Source: Bdellovibrionales bacterium (lineage in GTDB: Bacteria; Bdellovibrionota; Bdellovibrionia; Bdellovibrionales; JAUICD01). Taken from it: 64,000 nucleotides of DNA. Below, in pieces: positions 1 to 9,720 of this stretch. The notes under the pieces were generated by a model that searched no databases, was not told the origin of the DNA, and was given only the letters and a program-made list of their open reading frames with translations. Position 1 is the first letter of the stretch. Each line of letters opens with the position of its first letter. Both the position numbers and the translations under genes were made by a program. The DNA is taken from contig OZ253553.1 of NCBI GenBank assembly GCA_965262715.1, forward strand, positions 1,248,001-1,312,000. The letters are read 5' to 3'.

Positions 1-76
1 GCTTAAAGAGCATCTCTTCGAAAAATATATCAAAATATGTAGTGAACATAATCTCCTATCTTAGGAAAAATAATTT

Positions 77-354
77 ATAAAAATACCTGTTTTTTCTGCT
101 TTTTTCTTGATTTCTGTTCTCTTTGTTGTAGTGTCCCTCTTATGTAAATTACAACAACTTTTTGAATTAATAAAAAAACATTTAGATCTAACTTCTGCAT
201 TGAGTTTGGCTAAGGATAAGGATATAAGGCCATTTACTTAGCACTGACTATAGATAATATATTAGAAGCAGCAGATCTGCTTCAAATCAATTATAATGTT
301 TTATCCAGTTTAGTCCTAGATTTTGAAACAAATAACAACCTGCCAGTACACTAA
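77..354 (+). pseudogene. possible degraded paralog of the neighbouring secreted HTH-repeat protein
   Basis: One frame gives a hydrophobic signal-like stretch (IKIPVFSAFFLISVLFVVVSLL). After an apparent frameshift near 215 another frame gives ILEAADLLQINYNVLSSLV*, resembling the HTH repeats of 968..1906. No ATG. Confidence 0.3.
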
Positions 355-497
355 CTTCGACAGTATTGAATATGATGATGAAAAAACTTCCCTAATATCA
401 AAAAAATAAAGATTAAAGTATTCCTCTAACCCTTTTTAAACAACTCTAAGAAGAGTTGTGCTTACTATATGTATTTACACTGTTTTAAGATGAAGTG

Positions 498-512
498 TGT
501 AAAAATTTCACT
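498..512 (+). promoter_or_regulatory. candidate operator TGTAAAAATTTCA(CT)
   Basis: Same 13-mer at 23358-23370 (+) and 20259-20271 (-), each upstream of and co-oriented with a signal-peptide gene. Confidence 0.3.
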
Positions 513-645
513 AATTAATTTAAATTTAGGAGTTGCACCCTGTATTCTTTCAGGGAAATAGGTACATTTCATGTCTTTTATAAAATCAAAAAAAATAGAC
601 TAGTGGGGTTTTATGTGTTACATGTACGCTCGATTTAATTAAATT

Positions 646-949
646 AGAAGACAGCTCTTTTATATAAGAAATTAGAGGTAATAGGTACAAACGTTTATAG
701 ACTTTTACTGAAACAGCACGATTCCCTTAACATGATGTTAAATAATGAGGAGTATCTCGTTTACTAAAATGCCTCAGGCTTTCTAGGTAGTCAGCTATTT
801 GCTGACGATGTGAACCGCCTGAACTGACTACCAGAAAGTCGCCAGAGGCTAGCCTCGAGAGGCGAGATGCATTTTAGTGAAAATAGTTAGATAAAGTTAT
901 GAACCACTAGCAATGTTGATCAAATTTTTATTTTTGAGACCGGTTCTAG
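646..949. mobile_element. non-autonomous repeat/MITE-like element (reverse hairpin module 721-886 plus right terminal repeat ATTTTTGAGACCGGTTCTA)
   Basis: Near-identical to 2233-2534 and 10544-10820. Confidence 0.85.
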
Positions 950-967
950 TTTAATATGAGGTAAGTA

Positions 968-1906
968 ATGAAAAAAATAAATCTATTGATAATTATAATA
1001 TTTACTTTACATGCTTTTACAAATGTTGGTGCAGAAGAAGATAAGACTCCTCCTAATCCAAATGATTCAGATGAATGTTATACAGCCTTAACAAACAAGG
1101 CATTTAATGAGATAGTTGAGCAGGCCTTAAAAAATGGTATAGAAGAAACAGCAGAAAAATTAAATATCCCTTTTAAAGTTTTATCCGATTGGGTTGATGA
1201 TAAATTTGGGTCAATTTTAACAAATATTTTAGAAGAGACAACAGAAAATTACACCTCTCTTCTCAATGCGTCTTATTGGGTTTTGAAGTATAGGCTAAAT
1301 CCACTAACAGAAATAGAACTAAAGAAAGCTAGCATAGGTCTGCAGCCCGCTATAGACGCAACAGCAGAACAACTAAACATTTCTCTACAACCTCTATTGA
1401 TTTGGCTCACTAACAGAAACATTCAATTATCTGTTATGCACACTATAGCACAAAGAACAAAAGAAGGGACTATGTCTGATTGGGCTCATGAGTACAAGGC
1501 TGAAATTGATAAATTACAATTTCCACCACAATATGCAATATCTTTACTACATGGTGATGGCAGACATCATGTTGTTCAACTGGCTGCAGAAAATGGCATA
1601 GAAAAAACAGCAAAAGAATTAGACATTCCTCATAGTATTTTATCTCTTCTTGCCTTTAGATATGACAGACATGTATTCATAAGGAGAATAACACAAAGCA
1701 CTCCTTTAGACTTCAAAAAAGATATAGTAGCAGAAGCTATGAAAATGAGAGATGCTGGTATGAACATAGGGGATATTGCAAGAGATTTAGGTATCTCTTT
1801 ACCGACTTTAGCCCTTTGGCTTCATCCTTTTCCTTTCTCATCCGTCCGTGCAATCTCCTTTCCAACGGATCCAACGGATCCAACGGAAACGAGTGATTTA
1901 TACTAG
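968..1906 (+). CDS. signal-peptide protein with ~4 helix-turn-helix-like repeats
   Basis: GAGG RBS and Sec-type N-terminus. Repeats IEETAEKLNIPFKVLSDW, IDATAEQLNISLQPLLIW, IEKTAKELDIPHSILSL, IGDIARDLGISLPTLALW. Confidence 0.75.
   Translation: MKKINLLIIIIFTLHAFTNVGAEEDKTPPNPNDSDECYTALTNKAFNEIVEQALKNGIEETAEKLNIPFKVLSDWVDDKFGSILTNILEETTENYTSLLNASYWVLKYRLNPLTEIELKKASIGLQPAIDATAEQLNISLQPLLIWLTNRNIQLSVMHTIAQRTKEGTMSDWAHEYKAEIDKLQFPPQYAISLLHGDGRHHVVQLAAENGIEKTAKELDIPHSILSLLAFRYDRHVFIRRITQSTPLDFKKDIVAEAMKMRDAGMNIGDIARDLGISLPTLALWLHPFPFSSVRAISFPTDPTDPTETSDLY
1862..1888 (+). repeat. 9-bp tandem repeat CCAACGGAT x3 (encodes PTD-PTD-PTE)
   Basis: directly visible; last copy ends ...GGAA. Confidence 0.9.
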
Positions 1907-2534
1907 AAGCCATCTCAAAAATGCTACTAGAGATAACAGTTTTAGAAAAAATACCAGTTTTGCATTATACAAACTCACTCAAAATAAACCAACCTCTGGT
2001 TGTTTTTGGGCAATCAGCGTGACGGTTAACACCGTCAACAAAATGCTGATTGCCTCAAAAATCCGTTTACTTTGAGTAGAGAGTATCTCTTCGTTCTTTT
2101 ACATCATGTTAAGGAAAACTTCCTTCATCCTGCTTCTACTCAAAATGAATAGACTTTCTAGGCACTGATCCGATGGTTTTTCACCATCGGATCAGTGCCA
2201 GAAAGCACGCCAGCAGCGTGATTCATTTTGAGGAAGACAACCCTTTTATACAAGAAATTAGAAGCAATAAGTACAAACGTTTATAGACTTTTACTGAAAC
2301 AGCACGATTCCCTTAACATGATGTTAAATAATGAGGAGTATCTCGTTTACTAAAATGCCTCAGGCTTTCTAGGTAGTCAGCTATTTGCTGACGATGTGAA
2401 CCGCCTGAGCTGACTACCAGAAAGTCGCCAGAGGCTCGCCTCGAGAGGCGAGATGCATTTTAGTGAAAATAGTTAGATAAAGTTATGAACCACTAGCAAT
2501 GTTGATCAAATTTTTATTTTTGAGACCAGTTCTA
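1904..2534. mobile_element. complete composite MITE-like element with imperfect TIRs and three internal hairpin modules
   Basis: Left end TA-GAAGCCATCTCAAAAAT, right end ATTTTTGAGACCAGTTC-TA. Modules at ~1976-2118 (+), ~2137-2232 (-), ~2307-2472 (-). No coding capacity. Confidence 0.75.
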
Positions 2535-2572
2535 AAAACTTCGAATCTATTACTACTACGATAGCCTTACTG

Positions 2573-3217
2573 TTATTGAGTATGCAATTTATTGATATGC
2601 TGATGAAAGAAGTTACTCCACTGTTCTAAGAGCAGTGGAGATGGTGCCATCCTATGATAATGAGATACAGAGTCCACTTCTTCAGAATCAATACCACAAG
2701 GACGGATCAAAGAAAAAAGACCTAAATCATTACTTATATTGATAGCAAGTCCATGACAGGCAATATCCTTTTGTATTTGTAGACCAAAAAAAGCAACTTT
2801 ACCTCTTTGGGTGTAAATAGTCGCAGGTTTTTCAATATCTTTCGGTAAACAATTTATACCTAAACTTTCTAAGAAGTCTCTTGTGACATCTTCTAACAAA
2901 TAAACATATTCTCTTATAGAAATCTGTAATTTTTTGAGTGGAACTATAGGGTAAATAACAAGCTGTCCAGGTGAGTGACAAGTGACCTGACCACCTCTTT
3001 TGACCCAAATAACTTCTATGCCTTTTTGTTTTAATATATGCAAAGGTACTAGAATATCTGCCTTTTTTGCAGCTAGGCCTAAAGTGATCACTGGCTCATG
3101 CTCAAGTCCAAGTAAATGGCATAAGCCTGTATTCTTACTTTGTTCTATAAAATCTCGTTGCAACTTAAGTCCATCTTGATAAGAAATGCAATTAAGCCAC
3201 TTTGTCTTTACTCTCAC
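2573..3217 (-). CDS. lipB: lipoyl(octanoyl) transferase
   Basis: LEHEPVITLG, RGGQVTCHSPGQLVIYPI, HGLAIN, PCG motifs. GTG start at 3217 with AGGAG RBS. Confidence 0.93.
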   Translation of the reverse strand: MRVKTKWLNCISYQDGLKLQRDFIEQSKNTGLCHLLGLEHEPVITLGLAAKKADILVPLHILKQKGIEVIWVKRGGQVTCHSPGQLVIYPIVPLKKLQISIREYVYLLEDVTRDFLESLGINCLPKDIEKPATIYTQRGKVAFFGLQIQKDIACHGLAINISNDLGLFSLIRPCGIDSEEVDSVSHYHRMAPSPLLLEQWSNFFHQHINKLHTQ

Positions 3218-3574
3218 GCCTTCTCCTACAAAAAGAAGCAATGTGTTGAAAAAAAATCTATCCGTTTTATCACCGGTAAATGAACCATAAACTATAAAGT
3301 GTTAGAAAGTCATTATTTTGAAAATAGTTGTTTTTAATTATGAATAAGAATTGCAAAAATACTTTAAACCATCTATATTTAAGTGTTTATTGTACACTTA
3401 CTTTGTAAGAGCTTTTTACTTAAATAGAGATAAATTTAAAAATATATGTTTTGATGGTAAAGCCCAGTATATCTATTAACACTCTATTTTTAAAGTAAAA
3501 GGATTTTGCTCAAGTTAAGTATTTAAGCTATTGATTTTATTGAATATTTTATAAAAAATTTTATAAGTTTAACT

Positions 3575-4102
3575 ATGTATATTTTACTTTTAAGTTCTTT
3601 TATCAACTTCTATTTCTTCTTTGTTGATTTTTTTTACAAAGATTCTTGGTTTATTCAATCTGCACCTGGCTTTAATTTTTTCAAATTTTTATTTCCTTTT
3701 GATACTATATGGGCCTTTTCAGATTATGTTTGGGCTTTGATGCTCTCCAACAAAACCAACACCTTTATTCTTTTTTTAGTGTTACTTTTAGGAGTTATTT
3801 TAATGTGTTGGACAACAAGAGAGGTTTTGACATGGTTTTTACAAACAAAAAAGATTGCCAAACAGAATCAACTTCTTATAAAGCAAAACAAGGTTCTTAT
3901 GAGCAAAATTGAGGCTATGAGTACAATCCTTAATAACACGAGACCCTTCTCCTTTTTTAAAGCAAAAGAAGAAGAGATTGATGATATCAGCGAAGTGAGT
4001 AAAAAAACAAGCTTACTATCCGATATAGATGATCCTCTTATTGATATAAACGAATCTCCATTTAAAGATTCTCTACATAAAGAGCCACCTTCGGATACCT
4101 AA
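3575..4102 (+). CDS. hypothetical membrane protein with coiled coil
   Basis: 175-aa ORF with a TM segment then a coiled-coil/acidic tail; start uncertain. Confidence 0.55.
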   Translation: MYILLLSSFINFYFFFVDFFYKDSWFIQSAPGFNFFKFLFPFDTIWAFSDYVWALMLSNKTNTFILFLVLLLGVILMCWTTREVLTWFLQTKKIAKQNQLLIKQNKVLMSKIEAMSTILNNTRPFSFFKAKEEEIDDISEVSKKTSLLSDIDDPLIDINESPFKDSLHKEPPSDT

Positions 4103-4140
4103 AACCATTAAAGTTGGTTTATTGATTAAGGTTAGATGAG

Positions 4141-6627
4141 ATGAAAATGCCAGGTACAAACACATTTCAAATGTCACAGACTCGATCACAACAGACACCA
4201 CTTATGAGGCAGTATTGGGATATCAAATCTCTTCATCCTGATAAACTTTTATTTTTTAGGATGGGAGATTTTTATGAGATGTTTCATGAGGATGCTTTAA
4301 AAGCGGCTCCTCTCTTAGAGATTACATTGACATCTCGCAATAAAAACTTAGATGGTTCAACACCTATGTGCGGAATGCCTTACCACAGTATTGCAAAGCC
4401 TATCAATACACTTTTATCTTTAGGGCATCGTGTAGCTATCTGTGACCAATTGGAAGACCCAAAGTTTGCTAAAGGTATTGTCAAAAGGGGTGTGACAAGA
4501 ATCCTTAGCCCAGGTGTCGTTTATGATCCTGACACATTAGATGCTTATACACCCAATTTTTTGGTAGCTCACTGCACAGAAGCTATATCTTTTCTAGATA
4601 TCACAACAGGAGATGCCTTTTATTATGAAACATCAGCTTCTTCTCAAAGAGGTCATTTGATCTCTTTACTTAATCCTGTAGAGATTCTACTCAGCAAGGA
4701 ACAAGAAAAACAAACCAATTATAAAGATCAAAATCTCACATGCACAGTTCATGAGACTTCATTATCTGGTATTTCATCTACAGGTATCTCATCTAATGAT
4801 CGATTGCTTTCTTATGTAGTCACTATGCAAGGTAAAAAAACTTTATCAACAATTAGACCTTTTGAAAAAAGGTACTTTTCACAAAAACTGAAAATATCTT
4901 CTCTAACAAGAGAGCATTTAGAGCTTTTTTCCACTTACAAGGGTGAGAAAAAAGGATCGCTTTTTTATTGTATGAATAAAACCAAGTCACCCTTAGGAGC
5001 AAGGAGACTACGTAGTTGGATGACATTCCCTCTGATGTCTAAAGCGCAAATTTTTGAAAGACAACAGGAGGTCCAAAAATGGAAAGATTCAGCTTGTTTA
5101 ACTGATGTGCGAAAAGTTCTTTCTTCAGTTGGCGATTTAGAACGTAAAATAGGAAAAGTCACAATATCACATTGCCACCCAAGAGATATCCTTCAACTTG
5201 CAGAATCCTTATCTCATAGCCTAAAAGTTCTTTCTTTAGCTGATAGTGAAAATAATAACATATCTATTTTTAAGCCCATTATTTCAACGGCTCAGTCTAT
5301 TAAAGAAAGGATTCAAAAAACACTAAAAGACGACATGCCTCTGCAAATCAAAGATGGAAACTTTATCAGACAAGGTATCTCTCAAAGACTTGATGAACTT
5401 AGAGGTTTTATAGAAAATGCACATACACAAATACTATCTATACAAGATAGGGAAAAAAGAAAATTAAGTATTCCTAATCTAAAAGTGAGACATAACAATA
5501 TTTTTGGCTATTATATTGAGGTGACCAATACACATAAAAACAAAATCCCATCAAATTACATACGTAAACAAACTTTAGTGAATGCAGAAAGATATATCAC
5601 TGAAGAACTTCAAAGTTTAGAAGCAAGGCTTTTATCCGCTAACTCTAAGTCATTGAAAATAGAAAAAGACATTTTTAATGAACTAAGAATTAAAATATTA
5701 GATGTCTCTTGTGACCTGCTCTTCTTATCAGATCAAATCAGTCGTATAGATGCTTTTACATCTTTGGCTTGGCTCGCTTTAGAGAACAATTATGTTCGAC
5801 CTGAGATATCTGATAATGATATTTGCCTGATAAATTCTCGTCACCCCGTGGTAGAACAACAAGACAGCTTTAATGTTATTCATGAATTTGTACCAAATAA
5901 TATTACACTAAAAAGATCTGAATGTTTTTTAATCACAGGGCCTAATATGGCAGGTAAGAGCACATTGATGAGGCAGGTTGCATTAAATATTATTATGATG
6001 CAAATGGGCTCTTTTGTGCCAGCAACAAAGGCAAAGCTGCCTTTATTTGATCAGATTCAAACTCGTATTGGAGCTAGTGATATATTGTCAGAAGGGCTTT
6101 CTACCTTTATGTTAGAAATGAAAGAGACAGCCCAAATACTCAATGAATCTACAAACCAAACTCTAATTATTTTAGACGAAATAGGAAGGGGTACCTCTAC
6201 ATTTGATGGGATGAGCTTAGCCCAAGCTATTTTAGAATATTTGGTATCTCGCATACAAGCTACCACCTTTTTTGCCACCCATTATCATGAGTTGACAAAA
6301 ATGGCAGATAAGTACCCTCATATTATCAATAAGCACATGAAGATTTTAGAAGATAAAGATTTAGAGCAAATCACATTTTTATATCAACTGGTTGATGGAT
6401 TTGCTAGTAAATCTTATGGTATTCATGTTGCGAAGTTGGCAGGTATTCCTTCAAGTGTTATTGAAAAGGCTCAACATCTTCTAGAAATGCACACTCTATC
6501 AGAACTAAATCGCTTGGAGCCAAGTCGCTTAAAAGATGATTTCAAAAACAAAATCAATTCTTCTATGTTCACTGCTTCTGCTCATCAAAATAGCTCTAAG
6601 TCATCTCAAAAAACCATTGACTATTAG
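4141..6627 (+). CDS. mutS: DNA mismatch repair protein MutS
   Basis: TPLMRQY, FFRMGDFYEMF, ITGPNMAGKST, DEIGRGTST, FATHYHEL, SYGIHVAKLAG. Confidence 0.98.
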   Translation: MKMPGTNTFQMSQTRSQQTPLMRQYWDIKSLHPDKLLFFRMGDFYEMFHEDALKAAPLLEITLTSRNKNLDGSTPMCGMPYHSIAKPINTLLSLGHRVAICDQLEDPKFAKGIVKRGVTRILSPGVVYDPDTLDAYTPNFLVAHCTEAISFLDITTGDAFYYETSASSQRGHLISLLNPVEILLSKEQEKQTNYKDQNLTCTVHETSLSGISSTGISSNDRLLSYVVTMQGKKTLSTIRPFEKRYFSQKLKISSLTREHLELFSTYKGEKKGSLFYCMNKTKSPLGARRLRSWMTFPLMSKAQIFERQQEVQKWKDSACLTDVRKVLSSVGDLERKIGKVTISHCHPRDILQLAESLSHSLKVLSLADSENNNISIFKPIISTAQSIKERIQKTLKDDMPLQIKDGNFIRQGISQRLDELRGFIENAHTQILSIQDREKRKLSIPNLKVRHNNIFGYYIEVTNTHKNKIPSNYIRKQTLVNAERYITEELQSLEARLLSANSKSLKIEKDIFNELRIKILDVSCDLLFLSDQISRIDAFTSLAWLALENNYVRPEISDNDICLINSRHPVVEQQDSFNVIHEFVPNNITLKRSECFLITGPNMAGKSTLMRQVALNIIMMQMGSFVPATKAKLPLFDQIQTRIGASDILSEGLSTFMLEMKETAQILNESTNQTLIILDEIGRGTSTFDGMSLAQAILEYLVSRIQATTFFATHYHELTKMADKYPHIINKHMKILEDKDLEQITFLYQLVDGFASKSYGIHVAKLAGIPSSVIEKAQHLLEMHTLSELNRLEPSRLKDDFKNKINSSMFTASAHQNSSKSSQKTIDY

Positions 6628-6630
6628 ACA

Positions 6631-7062
6631 ATGAATAAAAGAAAGCCAACAACACTTTATTCAAGCCTGAAAGTAAAAACCCATTTTTATAATAAGGATA
6701 CAAAAAAAAATTATCTTCAAACTGGTTCTACTTCTTTAAGGCGTAGACGTTCTAAAAGCGATTTGATATCAGCAACAGATGTTCTTCAAGTGCTTTTAGA
6801 TGGACAAAAGCTTCCTTTATCTCAAGCCTATCAAGTCTGGAAGCTCCGTCGCCATTGGAAAGACATAGTTGGAGAGACTATAAATGAACATTCTAGACCT
6901 TTGTTTTATATAAGAGGGACTCTTTATATTTGGTCTGAAAATTCAGTATGGACACAAGAGTTTGTTTTTTTATCACAAACTATAAAGCAAAAAATTAATG
7001 ACTATATGGGCAAAAATTGGGTTCGTAATCTCCGTTTTCAACTTCAAGAAGAAGTATATTAA
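6631..7062 (+). CDS. DUF721/DciA family protein
   Basis: W..IVG..I..HSRP...GTL.I....SVW.QE pattern. Confidence 0.8.
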   Translation: MNKRKPTTLYSSLKVKTHFYNKDTKKNYLQTGSTSLRRRRSKSDLISATDVLQVLLDGQKLPLSQAYQVWKLRRHWKDIVGETINEHSRPLFYIRGTLYIWSENSVWTQEFVFLSQTIKQKINDYMGKNWVRNLRFQLQEEVY

Positions 7063-7171
7063 ACTTTATTTTCATTCACAAAAAGTGTTAGAACTCATCT
7101 CAAGATGACTTTTAATGTCCATGTTTTCAAAATAACCTCTTAATTTAAGTACCAAATAAAAGGACTATTTC

Positions 7172-7241
7172 ACTCAAAATGGACCCTTCCGGCTTTCCTC
7201 AGCCACTATCGTGGCTCTCGTCAAGTCTGTCCATTTTGAGT
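7172..7241. repeat. short variant of the hairpin module
   Basis: ACTCAAAATGGAC...GTCCATTTTGAGT outer stem with inner AGCCAC/GTGGCT stem. TIR-like TAGAACTCATCTCAAGAT at ~7089. Confidence 0.6.
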
Positions 7242-7369
7242 AAGAAGCCATCTTTAGTTATATTATGTTTTGTATTTTGCAATTTCATATTATTTACTGC
7301 TATCATGTATTTTTAGATGGCTTCTATTAATCTTCATTGTATATAACTCCTTAAAGGTCAAAATCAATA

Positions 7370-9202
7370 ATGAAGAAATATATTGGACTCATATTTTTAC
7401 TAATAGGATATTTTTCCTCTGCACAAACAAATAATATCGATGTATCTGCCAGTGTAGATCAAGAGGTTGTACAACTAGGTCAGCATTTGACTTATCATAT
7501 TACGGTGCAGATGCAAGATTCTGTTAATATATCAGAACCTCGCCTACCTTCTGTTGAAGGTCTTAGATTTATTTCTCGCAGTCAAAGCAGTCAGTTTTTT
7601 ACTTCTATTATCAATGGGCAATCAAAGGTTGTTCGCACTCAAACTTTTTCATACGAGCTTGAAGCTGTTCAACTTGGAAAACTTGTGATCCCTCCTGCTG
7701 ACATTTATGTAGAAAATACATCCTATAAAACAAATCCCATTGAAATCACAATACAAGAGGACCCTCCACCTCAAAGTCAAAAAAGAACACAAAAACGAAA
7801 AAGACCATCCTTTTTCGATGACGAAGATGATCTTTTTTCACAGTTTTTTGGATCTCAAAAAGAAAATGAGCCTGCGCCTGACCAAAATTTAGAGGATTCT
7901 TTTTTTGTCCATACTGAAGTAGATAAAGATAGTGTTTATGTAGGAGAGCAAATTATAGTTTCTTGGTATCTATATACAAGACACAACATCACTGATATCA
8001 ACACTCTTAAATACCCTTTATTAAAGGGATTTTGGAAGGAAGACATTCAAAGATCTAGTCGGCTTTCTTTTACTCAAGAAGTTAAGAACGGAATAGTTTA
8101 TAGAAAAGCACTATTAGAAAAGTATGCTCTTTTTCCAATAACAGATGGACTGCTAAACATAGACCCTTACGAAATTCAGTGTAAGGTAGTTCCAAATTCT
8201 TTCTTTGGTTTTAGAAGATTTAATTTCTTTCGGCCACAGGCTTATAAAAAAACGAGCAAAGCAATTGCGCTTCAAGTAAAGCCTCTACCCATTAATGGAC
8301 AGCCTGATAACTTTTCTGGAGCTGTTGGACAGTATAGCCTAGATATTCGAAAGCCTTCGGGAACAGAATTTAAAGTCAATGAGCCCTTTAGTTATTCTAT
8401 AAAGTTCACAGGAAAAGGAAATGCAAAACGCATTCAAGCTCCTTCTTTTGAATTACCAGAAGGATTAGAAAGTTATGATACCAAAGTGATTTCTGAATAT
8501 TTTCAAGACGGAAGCAGTTATAAAACATTTGACTTCTTATTTACACCTCGAAGGCCTGGTCTTATTTCTATCCCCCAAACAAGTTTTAGTTATTTTGATC
8601 CTGAAAAAGAGGCGTATGTGGAAAAAGAAATTCCAGCTTGGCAAATTAATGTACAAGCAGGCTCAGAAACTGTTGACGACTCCCATACATTCAAAACAAA
8701 TCAACAACCCATAGTGTCTGAGGATGTGCTACCAAGTCCTGAAGCGGCTATATCTCCTCCTCTTCTTTCAAAGAAAATTAAAAAAATATTATGGATATCT
8801 GTATACATAGCTCTTTTACTCATTTTGATAAGCAAGGCATTAATAAGTTTCGGCTTCACTCAAAGAAAACAAAGTTTACAAATGCAGATGAAAGAACGTT
8901 GGAAGTTTATTTATGATTTAGAATCTAAAAAACGTTTTCGTGATCTAGGCCCTGCAGTTTTAAATCTGATTAATGACACACTTTCAGAAGTAGCTACAAA
9001 AAAAGGAGGAACTACAAGCCAGTTATTAGAAAATACCCCTACTCGTTTGCAAAAAAAGATAAAAAAACCATTAACTGATTTGATAAATCATTTTGAAACT
9101 CTTTCTTTTGCGCCTGAAGATATTGCTGGAAAGATAGACAGAAAACAAATTCATAAAGACTTAAATCAATTAGAATCTTTACTTCAAAATATGCTTAAAT
9201 GA
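7370..9202 (+). CDS. BatD family protein
   Basis: Signal peptide, SASVD..V.LG, IPPA, VYVGEQ, PDNFSGAVG, G.GN motifs, C-terminal TM. Confidence 0.88.
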   Translation: MKKYIGLIFLLIGYFSSAQTNNIDVSASVDQEVVQLGQHLTYHITVQMQDSVNISEPRLPSVEGLRFISRSQSSQFFTSIINGQSKVVRTQTFSYELEAVQLGKLVIPPADIYVENTSYKTNPIEITIQEDPPPQSQKRTQKRKRPSFFDDEDDLFSQFFGSQKENEPAPDQNLEDSFFVHTEVDKDSVYVGEQIIVSWYLYTRHNITDINTLKYPLLKGFWKEDIQRSSRLSFTQEVKNGIVYRKALLEKYALFPITDGLLNIDPYEIQCKVVPNSFFGFRRFNFFRPQAYKKTSKAIALQVKPLPINGQPDNFSGAVGQYSLDIRKPSGTEFKVNEPFSYSIKFTGKGNAKRIQAPSFELPEGLESYDTKVISEYFQDGSSYKTFDFLFTPRRPGLISIPQTSFSYFDPEKEAYVEKEIPAWQINVQAGSETVDDSHTFKTNQQPIVSEDVLPSPEAAISPPLLSKKIKKILWISVYIALLLILISKALISFGFTQRKQSLQMQMKERWKFIYDLESKKRFRDLGPAVLNLINDTLSEVATKKGGTTSQLLENTPTRLQKKIKKPLTDLINHFETLSFAPEDIAGKIDRKQIHKDLNQLESLLQNMLK

Positions 9203-9203
9203 T

Positions 9204-9313
9204 TTAGGTTTATAACTACTTAAGCATCCTTTTTTTCCGGGATCCGGCACTCTGGCATACAGTAACCGGAATCAAAATATCCGGCACCTGTAATTTGAAT
9301 TTTTGCACCTAAT
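9204..9313 (+). repeat. GC-rich CCGG/GGCA repeat element (family 2)
   Basis: Shares ATAACTACTTAAG end with 38260-38377 (reverse) and GTAATTTGAATTTT end with 25104-25193. Confidence 0.7.
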
Positions 9314-9322
9314 TCTATCTAT

Positions 9323-9718
9323 TTATTTAGTAGTAGCAATAGCAAATTTATTGATACCTACCCTCTTAATAGTATCAATGATAGCAATAACATCTCCATG
9401 AGGCATATCTCTATCTGCAGAAATAATCGCTTGAGTGTTAGGGTTTTCTTGAATCATCACTCTTACCTTGCTTTGAAGCTCTTCTTTAGTAACTTCTTGA
9501 CCATTAAGGTCAATTTGACCATCTTGACTTAATGTAATATTTAGAGGAGAAGGTGGAGATTGACTTACTGAAGCGGCTTTGGGCAGCTGTACCTCTAAAT
9601 AAGACTTTACAAGTACTGGAGTTGTGACCATAAAAATAATCAGTACTACCAAAACAATATCTACAAAAGGTGTTACGTTAATAGCAGCAATAGGTTCATT
9701 CTCGTCATTCATCATCAT
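9323..9718 (-). CDS. exbD: ExbD/TolR family biopolymer transporter
   Basis: INVTPFVDIVLVVLIIFMVT, ISADR motifs. Confidence 0.9.
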   Translation of the reverse strand: MMMNDENEPIAAINVTPFVDIVLVVLIIFMVTTPVLVKSYLEVQLPKAASVSQSPPSPLNITLSQDGQIDLNGQEVTKEELQSKVRVMIQENPNTQAIISADRDMPHGDVIAIIDTIKRVGINKFAIATTK

Positions 9719-9720
9719 TG

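Noticed and set aside
716..743. chromosomal dif site
   Set aside because: Only the XerD-like arm matches, the XerC arm does not, and the sequence occurs three times as part of a repeat
801..840. hammerhead ribozyme (CTGACGA...GAAA)
   Set aside because: No proper stem II, and CTGANGA is not conserved in other copies, where the position is simply a stem arm
1848..2075. 75-aa ORF
   Set aside because: Runs through the repeat element; no coding evidence
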